Positions 55,429-64,000 of a stretch of DNA of 64,000 nucleotides are shown piece by piece. Within the stretch, counting starts at the first letter, position 1. The number at the start of each line of letters is the position of its first letter. The notes under the pieces were generated by a model that ran no database searches, had not been told where the DNA came from, and saw nothing but the letters and a program-made list of their open reading frames with translations. This stretch comes from an uncultured Acidobacteriaceae bacterium. Lineage in GTDB: Bacteria > Acidobacteriota > Terriglobia > Terriglobales > Acidobacteriaceae. The stretch is taken from assembly GCA_964247625.1 (NCBI GenBank), contig CAXTVA010000003.1, positions 228,849 through 292,848 on the forward strand. Reading direction: 5' to 3'. The position numbers and the translations under genes were made by a program.

Positions 55429-57864
55429 TTACTGGCCGCTCGCGCGCGCCACCATCGCCGGCCCCGTTCCGCTCAGCCCCCCCGCGTATCGCGAGACCCC
55501 CTTGAACAGGCTCTCCGCGACACGCTCGCGGTACTCCGGCTGCCGCAGCTCGCCCGCGTCCCGCGGGTTTGTGACGAAGCTGATCTCCGCCAAGATGGAC
55601 GGCATATTGGCGCCGATCAGCACCACGAAGGGCGCCTTCTTGACACCGCGATCCTTCAGCCCGTCATTGCCGCGCGCCAACCCGCCGTAGAGTCCCTGCT
55701 CCACATCCGTTGCAAACTCCCGGCTCTCCGCGATCTTGTCCTTTAGCGTGATCTTCTTGACGAGGTCGCTCAGCTGATAGATCGACTGACCGCTCACCGC
55801 GTTCTCCCGCGCGGCTACCTCGAGTGCGTCCGGCTGCGCCGTGAAGTTCAGGTAGTACGTCTCGACCCCACGCGCACTCGGCTCCGGCGAGCTGTTCGCG
55901 TGAATGGAGAGGAACAGATCCGCCTGCGCCTTGTTTGCGATTGCGGTTCGTGTCTCGAGCGGCACAAACGTGTCGTCCGACCGGGTGTAGATGACCTCCG
56001 CACCCAGCCGATCGTGCAGCAGCTTGCCCAGCCGCAGCGCCACATCGAGCACCACGTCCTTCTCCTCGAGTCCGTCCACCCCGATGGTTCCCGAGTCGTG
56101 GCCGCCGTGGCCCGCGTCGATCACGATGCGGTTGATCTTGAGGCCCAACGCCCGCACCAGACTTGTCTCACCCTCGGCCGTCTTTACCGCCGCCCGCGCC
56201 GGCACTCCCGGATACCCCACCACCTTTGCGTCTGAGGTGGTGGAGCGGCTCTTCTTCGTTCGCCGGCCGGCCAGCGAAGACGGACTGCTCTCGCCACCGG
56301 GCGCGACCACTCCGGTGGAGGTCAAAGCTCCCGCGGAGGCAGGGGGTGCGGAGGCACTGCCCGAAGCGCGGGGTGCCAGGGGAGCGATCGATCCACCCCC
56401 GGCACCGCGCGAGAGATCAGAGACCCCGGTCGGGGGCGTCGCCGGCAGCCCCGCTCCCGAGCTTCCCGAACCCGCACCCCGCCCCGCTACGACCGCCGCG
56501 ATCGGCTGCGACGTCGGCACGGTTGTCGCCTCCACCCTGCCCGGCTGCTCACTCAGCCGTGTGACGTCGGTCGAGCTCCCGGCGGCCATGGCCCGAGTGT
56601 TCGGCACGGTTGCCGTCGGCCGCGCCGCAGCGTCTACCGACGCGACCTCCGCCGCCGCCGGCTTGCTTCTTCCATGGATATCGATGATGAGCCGGTACGG
56701 GTTCGGCAGCAGAAAGGCCGAGTACTCCGTCACGTCGTTCACATCCAGCACGATGCGCGCGAAGTCCCCGCCTGACTGCGCCACGCGTATCTTCTTCAGA
56801 AATCCGTCATCGGTCACGGCGAAGCTCTTGCCCACCAGCTCCGGCGCCAGCCGCGCCCCGTGCAGGTCAAAGTAGATCCGATCGGGTGATGGCACCCGGG
56901 CCGCCTCGTACTCGACCGCGTCTCCCAGGTCGATCGCGACGCGGGTATAGCTTGGGGTCGACCAGTGCCGGATGCCCGTCACCAGCGCCAGCTTGCCCAC
57001 GGGCCGCGCTACCGAGCGCACAACCGGCGCGCCCGCAGCTGCCCCGTCCAACGTCACCCCATTCGCGCGCCCGTTCCCGGCCGCCGCGCCCGCTCCGGCG
57101 CGCGAAGCATCGATCGCCTGGTCACGGCGAGCTGGCGCCACTCCTGCCTCTTCCGAGGGAGGCGCGCTTTGAGCGGCCGACGTCGTGGCATTGCGGCGAG
57201 CCGTCTCCGCGCCGCCGCCTCCAGCCTGGCCCTGAGAGGTCGCAACTGCCTGCCGGTCGGTTCCTGGCTCGTTCGCTACCTGCAGACGTGGGCTGCTGCC
57301 CGCATCCAGAGACAGCAGCCCCGCCCGCGCCTCCTCCGCCACGCTGCTCCGCGGATAGCTTTCAAGAAACGTCGCATACCGCTCGCGCGCCGCGTTCCGG
57401 TCTTTGAGGTCGTTCTGATCGATCTGCGCTTCGGCCAGCAGCGCTCCCGCACGCAGCGAGCTGCCGGGATATTGCGTCCGCAGGAACTCATACTGCTTGA
57501 CGGCGGCTCGCAGCAGACCGGCATCGTGCTCTCCGCGACCCTCTTCGGTCAGCAGCTCCGCCACGGCGTTGACCGCTTCGGCCGCGTGCAAGTCTTGCGG
57601 ATGCTCGTGGTAGATGGCGCGAAAGCTGTCGAGCACCCGTGTGTATCCGGCCTTTGTTCGCGCCGCCTCCGTAAGGGTCTCGAAGGCGCCCCGCGTCCGC
57701 TCCGCCTGCTCCCACGCCGTGATCTCTCCCCGCGCTCCACGCGCCGGGTAACTTCGCGAGCTCGCAAACTGTGCGGAAGCTCCGGGGGCGCCGCCCAGCG
57801 CCTCGGCGAGCAGCGCGAGGAGCCCACATGCCAGCAGACGCCGGTCTGTCGTTTGGAAGCCCAT
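55429..57864 (-). CDS. N-acetylmuramoyl-L-alanine amidase (AMIN + Amidase_3) with N-terminal YbgF/BamD-like TPR domain
   Basis: 811 aa with a signal peptide. The AMIN-like segment is IRHWSTPSYTRVAIDL...YRLIIDI. The Amidase_3 motifs are VIDAGHGGHDSG, LFLSIHANS and GANMPSILAEISF. Long Ala/Ser/Gly/Pro linkers join the domains. Confidence 0.88.
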   Translation of the reverse strand: MGFQTTDRRLLACGLLALLAEALGGAPGASAQFASSRSYPARGARGEITAWEQAERTRGAFETLTEAARTKAGYTRVLDSFRAIYHEHPQDLHAAEAVNAVAELLTEEGRGEHDAGLLRAAVKQYEFLRTQYPGSSLRAGALLAEAQIDQNDLKDRNAARERYATFLESYPRSSVAEEARAGLLSLDAGSSPRLQVANEPGTDRQAVATSQGQAGGGGAETARRNATTSAAQSAPPSEEAGVAPARRDQAIDASRAGAGAAAGNGRANGVTLDGAAAGAPVVRSVARPVGKLALVTGIRHWSTPSYTRVAIDLGDAVEYEAARVPSPDRIYFDLHGARLAPELVGKSFAVTDDGFLKKIRVAQSGGDFARIVLDVNDVTEYSAFLLPNPYRLIIDIHGRSKPAAAEVASVDAAARPTATVPNTRAMAAGSSTDVTRLSEQPGRVEATTVPTSQPIAAVVAGRGAGSGSSGAGLPATPPTGVSDLSRGAGGGSIAPLAPRASGSASAPPASAGALTSTGVVAPGGESSPSSLAGRRTKKSRSTTSDAKVVGYPGVPARAAVKTAEGETSLVRALGLKINRIVIDAGHGGHDSGTIGVDGLEEKDVVLDVALRLGKLLHDRLGAEVIYTRSDDTFVPLETRTAIANKAQADLFLSIHANSSPEPSARGVETYYLNFTAQPDALEVAARENAVSGQSIYQLSDLVKKITLKDKIAESREFATDVEQGLYGGLARGNDGLKDRGVKKAPFVVLIGANMPSILAEISFVTNPRDAGELRQPEYRERVAESLFKGVSRYAGGLSGTGPAMVARASGQ

Positions 57865-58155
57865 GCCAGCTCTCAGTTTAGGAGGCAGCCCTCGCTGCCT
57901 GCTTGAAAATGCGGGACGGTACTTTCACCGATACCCCTGCCTGTCGCTCTCGCCGGCGTCACTCCCGCGCAGGCCCGCGCCTGTGCGACCTTAGCTCAGA
58001 CCCCGCGCTCTCGCCAAAGTTGTCACCGGCCGTTCCGCACGCTGGCCCGAGATCGGAGGCCGCTTCAGGACGATCCTGACGCCAAGCCGGGGAGTGCCCC
58101 GGTAAGGGAGGCTGCGGGAGCCGAGAGCCTGTCGAAGAACACGGCCGCGGTCCCG

Positions 58156-60981
58156 TCAGTCCCCGAGCAGCCCTTCGACCACCTCCGCCACCCGCGCCAG
58201 GGCCCGATCCAGCTCCGCCGCGTCACTGCCCCCCGCCTCCGCGAGATCCGGCCGGCCCCCGCCCTTCCCCCCGACCATGGCCGCGAGCGCCGACACCACC
58301 TTTCCGGCCTGCACGCGACTCGTGAGATCCTTCGTCACCCCAGCGATAAGCGAGACCTTTCCCTCCGCCGCCGTTCCCAGTACGACCACGCCCGAGCCGA
58401 GTCTTCCTCGCAGCTCATCGACCAGATTCCGCATCTGGGACTTGGCCTCCTGTGACCCGCCCAGCGCCTCCACCCGCCGCGCCAGCACCTTAATCCCTTT
58501 CACCTCGGCCGCCGACCCTGCCGCGTCGGCCACTGACGCCGACGCCGACTTCAGCCGCATGCTCTCGATCTCGCGCCGCAGACGCTTCAGCTCCTCGTCC
58601 TGCGCCGTCAACCGTGTGCGCAGCGCCTCTGCGGGATCGGCCTCCGCCCCGCCCGTCAGCTGGCCCGCCACCCGCGCCACTCCGGCATCCCGTCGGAACG
58701 CCGCCAGCGCCCCGCCACCGGTAACGGCCTCGACCCGCCGGATGCCGCTCGCGACCGAGCTCTCGCCCAGCAGCTTGATCAGCCCGATCTCGCCCGTTGC
58801 TGCCGTATGCGTGCCGCCGCACAGCTCGGTGGAGAACTCTCCGATCTTCACCACGCGCACCCGGTCGCCATACTTCTCGCCGAAGAGCGCCATTGCATGG
58901 AACTCGTTGACCGCCACATCGATCGGCACATCGACCATCGTCTCCACCGGCACGTTTCCCAGCACCTCGCGGTTGACGATGTCTTCGACCTGCTCCAGCT
59001 CCGGCTCCGCCACGCCGGCGAAGTGCGAGAAGTCAAAGCGCAGTCTGGCCCGGTCGACGAGCGATCCCGCCTGCTTGACCTGCGGGCCCAGCACCTCACG
59101 CAGCGCCGCATGCACCAGGTGCGTCGCCGTGTGGTTGCGCCTCGTCGCCCGTCGCACGTCGCCGTCCACCACTGTGTCCACTACGTCGGCGATGGCGATT
59201 CGCTCCCGTGCCACGACGCGGTGCGCCCACACTCCCTGCACCGGCTTGGAGCACCCGCTCACGTCCGCCACGACTGTCTGATGATCCGCCGCCGTCAACA
59301 CGCCCACATCGCCCACCTGGCCGCCGGAGTCCGCGTAGAAGCTTGTCGCGTCGAGGACGACCTCCCCTGCCTGGCCCGCGGTCAGCTCCGGGACGCCGAC
59401 ACCGTCGCGCACCAGCGCCAGGACGCGCGCCCCGTCGAGCCGCAGCGCTGTGTACCCTGCGAACTGTGTCTTCTCGAGCTCCCGGTAGACGGGAGCCGCC
59501 GACTTCTGCGACCCACCCTTCCAGGAGGCTCGCGCCCGCGCCTGCTCTTCTTGCTTGGCGCGCTCAAAGCCCGTCATGTCGAACTTCAATTTAGCGTCTC
59601 GAGCCGCATCGACCATGAAGTCCAATGGCATACCAAAGGTCTCGTAGAGGTGGAACGCGTCCTCCCCCGTCAGCTCTGCCATGACCGCGCGCGGCTCCGA
59701 CAGATGCGATACCCCTTCCGCCCCCGGCATTCCGTCCTCGAGCTCCGCCAGTGCAGACGCACTTCCCAGGGCCACCTTCGACGCGATCAGCTCGTCCAGG
59801 TGCCGCGACCCAAGCTCCATGACCCGCGCAAACTGCTCCTCCTCTGCGAGCACGGTCTTACTGACCCGCTCTGCGGTCTCCCGCAGCTCCGGATACGCCA
59901 CTCCCATCTCGTCCTGCACCGCATGCACCATCTGATACATGAACGGCTGCTCCTGCCCCAGCAGCCGCCCATGCCGGATGCCTCGCCGCAGGATCTTCCG
60001 CAGCACATAGCCACGCCCCTCATTGGCCGGCAGCACCCCGTCCGAGATCAGGAACGTCGCCGCCCGGGCGTGATCCGCGACGATGCGCAGGCTCGCCGCC
60101 CCCTTTGGATCCGAGACCGCCGCCTCTGCCGTAGGCAGCGCCGTGAACCCCGTCAACGCCGCCGCCTGCGCGATCAATGGCGTAAACAGGTCTGTCTCGT
60201 AGTTCGAGAGCTTTTCCTGCAGCACCGCCGCAATTCGCTCCAGCCCCATGCCTGTGTCGATCGAGGGCTTTGGCAGGGGTGTCAGCACCCCGTCGCTTGC
60301 CCGGTCGAACTGCATGAAGACGAGGTTCCACACCTCGACATACCGCTGGTCATCTTCGGGGAAGGGTCTGTCCTCGCCGGTCTCGGAGGCTGCCACGCCC
60401 AGGTCATAGAAGATCTCCGAGCAGGGGCCGCACGGACCGGTATCTCCCATGGCCCAGAAGTTGTCCTTCGCGCTCATCGCGAAGATGCGCTCCCTGGGTA
60501 CGCCGACCTCGATCCAGAGCTTTTCCGCCTCGTCATCCCGCGGCACCGGGGTTCCACCCGCGCCTCCCGCGCTTCCCTCGAAGACGGTCACGTAGAGCTT
60601 TGTGGGATCGATCCCGAACCACTCCGGGCTGGTCAGCAGCTCCCACGCGTAGCGGATCGCGTCCCGTTTGAAGTAGTCGCCGAACGAGAAGTTTCCCAGC
60701 ATCTCGAAGAAGGTGTGGTGGCGCCGCGTGAACCCCACGTTCTCGAGATCGTTATGCTTGCCGCCGGCGCGCACACACTTCTGACTCGAGGCCGCGCGCG
60801 AGTAGGCCCGCTGCTCCGCCCCAAGAAACACGTCTTTGAACTGATTCATTCCCGCATTGGTGAACAGCAGCGTCGGATCATTGGCGGGCACCAGCGACGA
60901 CGAGTGCACCCGACGATGCCCTTTCGTCTCAAAAAACCGCAGAAAATCTTCACGAATCTGGCTGCCGGACCTGTAGTTCAT
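58156..60981 (-). CDS. alaS: alanine--tRNA ligase
   Basis: 941 aa. The N-terminus [32 protein letters not shown] and the editing-domain motif HTATHL are present. The C-terminus is DHHA1-like. Confidence 0.95.
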   Translation of the reverse strand: MNYRSGSQIREDFLRFFETKGHRRVHSSSLVPANDPTLLFTNAGMNQFKDVFLGAEQRAYSRAASSQKCVRAGGKHNDLENVGFTRRHHTFFEMLGNFSFGDYFKRDAIRYAWELLTSPEWFGIDPTKLYVTVFEGSAGGAGGTPVPRDDEAEKLWIEVGVPRERIFAMSAKDNFWAMGDTGPCGPCSEIFYDLGVAASETGEDRPFPEDDQRYVEVWNLVFMQFDRASDGVLTPLPKPSIDTGMGLERIAAVLQEKLSNYETDLFTPLIAQAAALTGFTALPTAEAAVSDPKGAASLRIVADHARAATFLISDGVLPANEGRGYVLRKILRRGIRHGRLLGQEQPFMYQMVHAVQDEMGVAYPELRETAERVSKTVLAEEEQFARVMELGSRHLDELIASKVALGSASALAELEDGMPGAEGVSHLSEPRAVMAELTGEDAFHLYETFGMPLDFMVDAARDAKLKFDMTGFERAKQEEQARARASWKGGSQKSAAPVYRELEKTQFAGYTALRLDGARVLALVRDGVGVPELTAGQAGEVVLDATSFYADSGGQVGDVGVLTAADHQTVVADVSGCSKPVQGVWAHRVVARERIAIADVVDTVVDGDVRRATRRNHTATHLVHAALREVLGPQVKQAGSLVDRARLRFDFSHFAGVAEPELEQVEDIVNREVLGNVPVETMVDVPIDVAVNEFHAMALFGEKYGDRVRVVKIGEFSTELCGGTHTAATGEIGLIKLLGESSVASGIRRVEAVTGGGALAAFRRDAGVARVAGQLTGGAEADPAEALRTRLTAQDEELKRLRREIESMRLKSASASVADAAGSAAEVKGIKVLARRVEALGGSQEAKSQMRNLVDELRGRLGSGVVVLGTAAEGKVSLIAGVTKDLTSRVQAGKVVSALAAMVGGKGGGRPDLAEAGGSDAAELDRALARVAEVVEGLLGD

Positions 60982-61291
60982 AGACCCAAAGTCTAGCAGC
61001 GCCGTATGCGGCCGCTCGGGTGGGCGCGCTCTGCGCGACGGCGCTGCTGCTGCAATCTTGCTTCGCGAACGATGGAGCGAGCCGGGAGACGATTAGGCGG
61101 AGATCTCCTGTGAGGAGGTCGCATGTGGGCGCTGCTGGGCTGTTCCTGGCGCGGGGATCGAGATTGGTACACGATATCCACGTGAATTTTGTAACAGGAA
61201 CGGGTTTGCACTTGCGCGGCGCGGGCCGGCGACGCATACTCCCGGCAGAGGCGGGTGGGAAGATGCATTCCGCCTGCCGTGAGGAACCCTG

Positions 61292-62194
61292 GTGACTCGA
61301 TACAGCCGTCAGGATGCCGTGCGAATTCTGCACCTGAAGATCAGCGATCTGGCCGCATGGGAGCGGGCCGGATTAATGGCACAGCGAGAGCAGTACAGCT
61401 TCGATGAGTTAGGACAGCTGCGCACGCTGCGGGAGCTGCGGAGGCGGCGCGTTTCCACGCGAAGGATTCGTGCGGGTCTCGATGCGATGCAGCGCATCTC
61501 CGGTCGGCGCGATGGGCTCCTGAACGCGATCGGGTCTGCGGCCGGGCTGCACTTCCGACATGCCGGTGCGCTGCTTGAGCCGGTGACACAGCAGCTGGCG
61601 TTTGATTTCGAGGCGGGCATGCAGCGTCGCCTGGAGACGGTGCCGCAGCTGCGCGGGGACGGGCTGAGGCGGCGGAGTGCTGAGATACAGGCACTGTTTC
61701 TGCGGGCGGTGCGACTGGAGGAGGCGACGGAGACGCTGACGGAGGCGGCCGAGGTGTATGAGGCGATCCTGCGGCTCGAGCCGGCGCACGCGTCGGCGCT
61801 GATCAATCTGGGTACGATCGAGTACAACCGGGGAGCGTTCGGCGCGGCAGAGGGTCTCTACCGGCGCGCGACGGAGGCGGACCCGCAGTACGCGCTCGCG
61901 TTCTTCGACCTCGGCAACGTGCTCGACGAGATGCAGCGGGTGGTGGAAGCGACGGCCGCGTATGAGCGAGCGGTCGAGCTGGTACCGCAGTATGCCGACG
62001 CCCATTACAACCTTGCGCTCGCGTATGAGCGGCAGGGAAAGCGGCGGCGAGCGCTGCGTCACTGGCTGACGTATGTGCGGCTGGACCCGAGCGGACCGTG
62101 GTCTGCGCACGCGCGCGGGCAGGCGAAGCGAACCCTCCGGGCGGAGAAGCTCTCCATCGTGAGCCGCCGCGGGCGGCTGGTGCAGGCGGGATAG
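61292..62194 (+). CDS. MerR-like HTH domain fused to TPR repeats
   Basis: GTG start. The N-terminus YSRQDAVRILHLKISDLAAWERAGLM...YSFDELGQLRTLRELRRRRVS is MerR-type. The C-terminus has about 4 TPR units (AHYNLALAYERQGK). Confidence 0.7.
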   Translation: MTRYSRQDAVRILHLKISDLAAWERAGLMAQREQYSFDELGQLRTLRELRRRRVSTRRIRAGLDAMQRISGRRDGLLNAIGSAAGLHFRHAGALLEPVTQQLAFDFEAGMQRRLETVPQLRGDGLRRRSAEIQALFLRAVRLEEATETLTEAAEVYEAILRLEPAHASALINLGTIEYNRGAFGAAEGLYRRATEADPQYALAFFDLGNVLDEMQRVVEATAAYERAVELVPQYADAHYNLALAYERQGKRRRALRHWLTYVRLDPSGPWSAHARGQAKRTLRAEKLSIVSRRGRLVQAG

Positions 62195-62234
62195 CCGCCG
62201 CTGCCGGCCTCTGTGAGCAAGAGGCCTGGAGAGG

Positions 62235-63554
62235 ATGGCGGGTTGCCGGCCCGGTGAGAGCGAGACGCCGTACACTGGGGTGACGGCTGTCGCGTCAACG
62301 TTCTCTCCTCTGATCACTCAAGACCACCTCCGGCCTAAGTCCTCTTCACCGCTGCCCCTGCTGGGTCTGGCGTGTGCGGTCGGGGTCTCGACGATCTACT
62401 ACAACCAGCCATTGCTGCTGGAGATGGCGCACAGCTATGGCAGCACGCCGGCTGAGGCGGGACTGGTTGCGGTCGCGACGCAGGTGGGCTACTCACTGGG
62501 AATTCTGTTCTTTGTGCCGCTGGGCGATGTGCTGGAGCGGCGCGCGCTGATGATGCGCCTCTTTGCGGCGGTGTCGGTCGCGTTGCTGCTGGTCGCGGGA
62601 GCGCCGTCGCTGGGCTGGCTGATTGTGCTGAGCGCGGTCGCGGGCCTGCTGGCGTCGGTGACGCACATTGTGGTGCCGATTGCGGCGGATCTGGCGCCTC
62701 CGGCCGAGCGGGGGCGAGCGATTGGCCTCGTCATGACGGGGTTGCTGGTCGGTATTCTTCTGGCGCGAAGCTTCGCCGGCTGGGTGAGCGGGATCCGCGG
62801 GTGGCGTTTCGTCTTTGTACTGGCGGCGGTGATGAACCTGGCCTTCGTGCCCCTGCTGTGGTGGCGCATGCCGGTGCTCGCGCCGAAGCAGACACTGCGG
62901 TATCGGGACGCGATGCGATCACTATGGACGCTCTTTCGCGCGCAGCCGCTGCTGCGCGAGTCAGGCGTGATCGGCGGCCTTGGCTTCGGGGCGTTCTCAT
63001 GCTTCTGGACGACGCTGGCATTCCTGCTGGATGGCCATTACCACCTGGGACCGGGGGTTGCAGGGACCTTCGGCCTGGTCGGTGCGGCGGGGGCGCTGGT
63101 CGCGGGTTGGGCGGGGCGCCTGGCGGACCGGCACGGTTCACGATGGGTCGTGTCGGTCGGGCTGGGGCTGTTTGCGGTGGCGTTTCTGCTGATGGGGGGC
63201 GAAGAGGCGGCTCCGTTGAGTCGCTCCGTACATCTCGCGATGCTGACCGTCGGCGTCATTCTGCTGGACATGGGGGCGCAGTTCACGCAGATTGCGAACC
63301 AGACGCGCGTCTTTGGACTCGATCCCGCGGCGCGCAGCCGATTGAACACGGTGTATATGGTGATGTACTTTGCGGGGGCGGCGAGCGGTTCGGCCCTCTC
63401 GGCGCTGGCGTGGGAGCACTGGCGGTGGAACGGTGTGTGTGGGCTCGCGCTCGGGTTTATCGGACTTGCTGCCATCCGGCATGTGACGGGAACACGAGGT
63501 GGACGTGCCGAGGCCGTTCGGTTTGGTCGCAAGGGAGAGATGGTGCGTACGTGA
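62235..63554 (+). CDS. MFS transporter
   Basis: About 12 hydrophobic segments. The MFS loop motif is PLGDVLERR. The start is uncertain, and GTG 62279 is an alternative. Confidence 0.8.
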   Translation: MAGCRPGESETPYTGVTAVASTFSPLITQDHLRPKSSSPLPLLGLACAVGVSTIYYNQPLLLEMAHSYGSTPAEAGLVAVATQVGYSLGILFFVPLGDVLERRALMMRLFAAVSVALLLVAGAPSLGWLIVLSAVAGLLASVTHIVVPIAADLAPPAERGRAIGLVMTGLLVGILLARSFAGWVSGIRGWRFVFVLAAVMNLAFVPLLWWRMPVLAPKQTLRYRDAMRSLWTLFRAQPLLRESGVIGGLGFGAFSCFWTTLAFLLDGHYHLGPGVAGTFGLVGAAGALVAGWAGRLADRHGSRWVVSVGLGLFAVAFLLMGGEEAAPLSRSVHLAMLTVGVILLDMGAQFTQIANQTRVFGLDPAARSRLNTVYMVMYFAGAASGSALSALAWEHWRWNGVCGLALGFIGLAAIRHVTGTRGGRAEAVRFGRKGEMVRT

Positions 63555-63577
63555 GTCTACAAAGGACCGCCCGAAGG

Positions 63578-63654
63578 TGGTGAGCGAGGCAGGGCTCGAA
63601 CCTGCAACCGTCAGCTTAGAAGGCTGATGCTCTATCCAGTTGAGCTACTCGCCC
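63578..63654 (-). tRNA. tRNA-Arg, anticodon UCU, with encoded CCA
   Basis: Manual cloverleaf: GGGCGAG/TA/GCTC-AACTGGATA-GAGC/A/TCAGC-CTTCTAA-GCTGA/CGGTT/GCAGG-TTCGAGC-CCTGC/CTCGCTC/A/CCA. There is one G-U pair in the acceptor stem. Confidence 0.93.
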
Positions 63655-63671
63655 GGAAGGTGCTGCTGCTG

Positions 63672-63700
63672 ATTGTAGCGGCTCAGCGCTCTTCGCTCAC
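63672..63700 (-). promoter_or_regulatory. candidate promoter of tRNA-Arg
   Basis: The minus strand has TACAAT (63677-63672) 17 nt upstream of the tRNA 5' end. The -35 element is weak (GTGAGC at 17-nt spacing) and overlaps the end of the upstream CDS. Confidence 0.3.
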
Positions 63701-64000
63701 GTGTCGTTCGAGGCCGAAGCGGCGGTGTGCGGCATGAGGTCCCGGTTGCGCAGGACGGCGACGACGGCGGCGAGGGCGCGGGACCAGAGTGACTCTGCCT
63801 CCGCGGCCGTGTGGGCGAGCGCGCGGATGTAGAGGCTTACGGCAAATCCCTCCTGAACGGTCTCGAAGTCGAGCACGGCGGGCCGAATGACGCACGCGGC
63901 CGCGGCCTGCGGCTCCTCCAGGGCGGTGATGCGCCGCTCCAGGCGGTGGAGCATGTGCTGATGCTGGTGGAAGGACGCGAAGATGGACCGGTCGCGCCAC
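63697..64000 (-). CDS. hypothetical protein, 5'-truncated by the window edge
   Basis: The frame is open from the window edge (..WRDRSIFASFHQHQHMLHRLERRITALEE...) to the stop at 63697. The sequence looks helical. The overlapping 63683 frame is R/P junk. Confidence 0.45.
   Translation of the reverse strand, partial: WRDRSIFASFHQHQHMLHRLERRITALEEPQAAAACVIRPAVLDFETVQEGFAVSLYIRALAHTAAEAESLWSRALAAVVAVLRNRDLMPHTAASASNDT

Overview
This is a high-GC bacterial chromosomal segment. Hand counts on single 60-nt lines give about 60-70% GC in most genes and about 48-55% in some genes between 46 and 54 kb. The gene content suggests Acidobacteriota/Terriglobia, by inference only: two ~1,200-aa CarboxypepD_reg-type TonB-dependent receptors, a 1,317-aa FG-GAP/Ig protein, many secreted TPR proteins and a DUF885 protein.

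I support about 40 protein genes:
- Housekeeping: mfd, gatB, alaS, galU, and an AMIN/Amidase_3 cell-wall amidase.
- Envelope and secreted proteins.
- Small-molecule enzymes: an OYE reductase, an FAD monooxygenase, an MDR oxidoreductase, a cupin, a methyltransferase, an alpha/beta hydrolase and a metallophosphoesterase.
- An ABC ATPase plus permease-M1 peptidase fusion pair.

There are also two minus-strand tRNAs with encoded CCA, tRNA-Thr(CGU) and tRNA-Arg(UCU). One in-frame 15-bp tandem repeat is present, along with a few intrinsic-terminator-like hairpins.

I saw no rRNA, CRISPR array, transposase, integrase or recognisable defence, toxin or phage genes. I therefore cannot point to a clear-cut new multi-gene system.

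The best leads are:
1. An orphan near-consensus promoter plus canonical terminator that delimits a ~90-nt candidate sRNA with an exposed CCUCC (53.65-53.78 kb).
2. The uncharacterised ABC ATPase / 13-TM permease-M1 metallopeptidase module and its same-strand secreted neighbours (36-46 kb).
3. Duplicated receptor + TPR modules that share a 9-nt translation-initiation motif.
4. A histone-H1-like/DUF6496-like fusion protein.
5. A frameshifted CarboxypepD_reg-like gene.
6. A lower-GC block next to tRNA-Thr.

Many long ORFs in the track are antisense or alternate-frame artefacts of the high GC content and were not annotated. The ORF track uses GTG/TTG starts, so several start codons below were re-picked by eye and remain uncertain.
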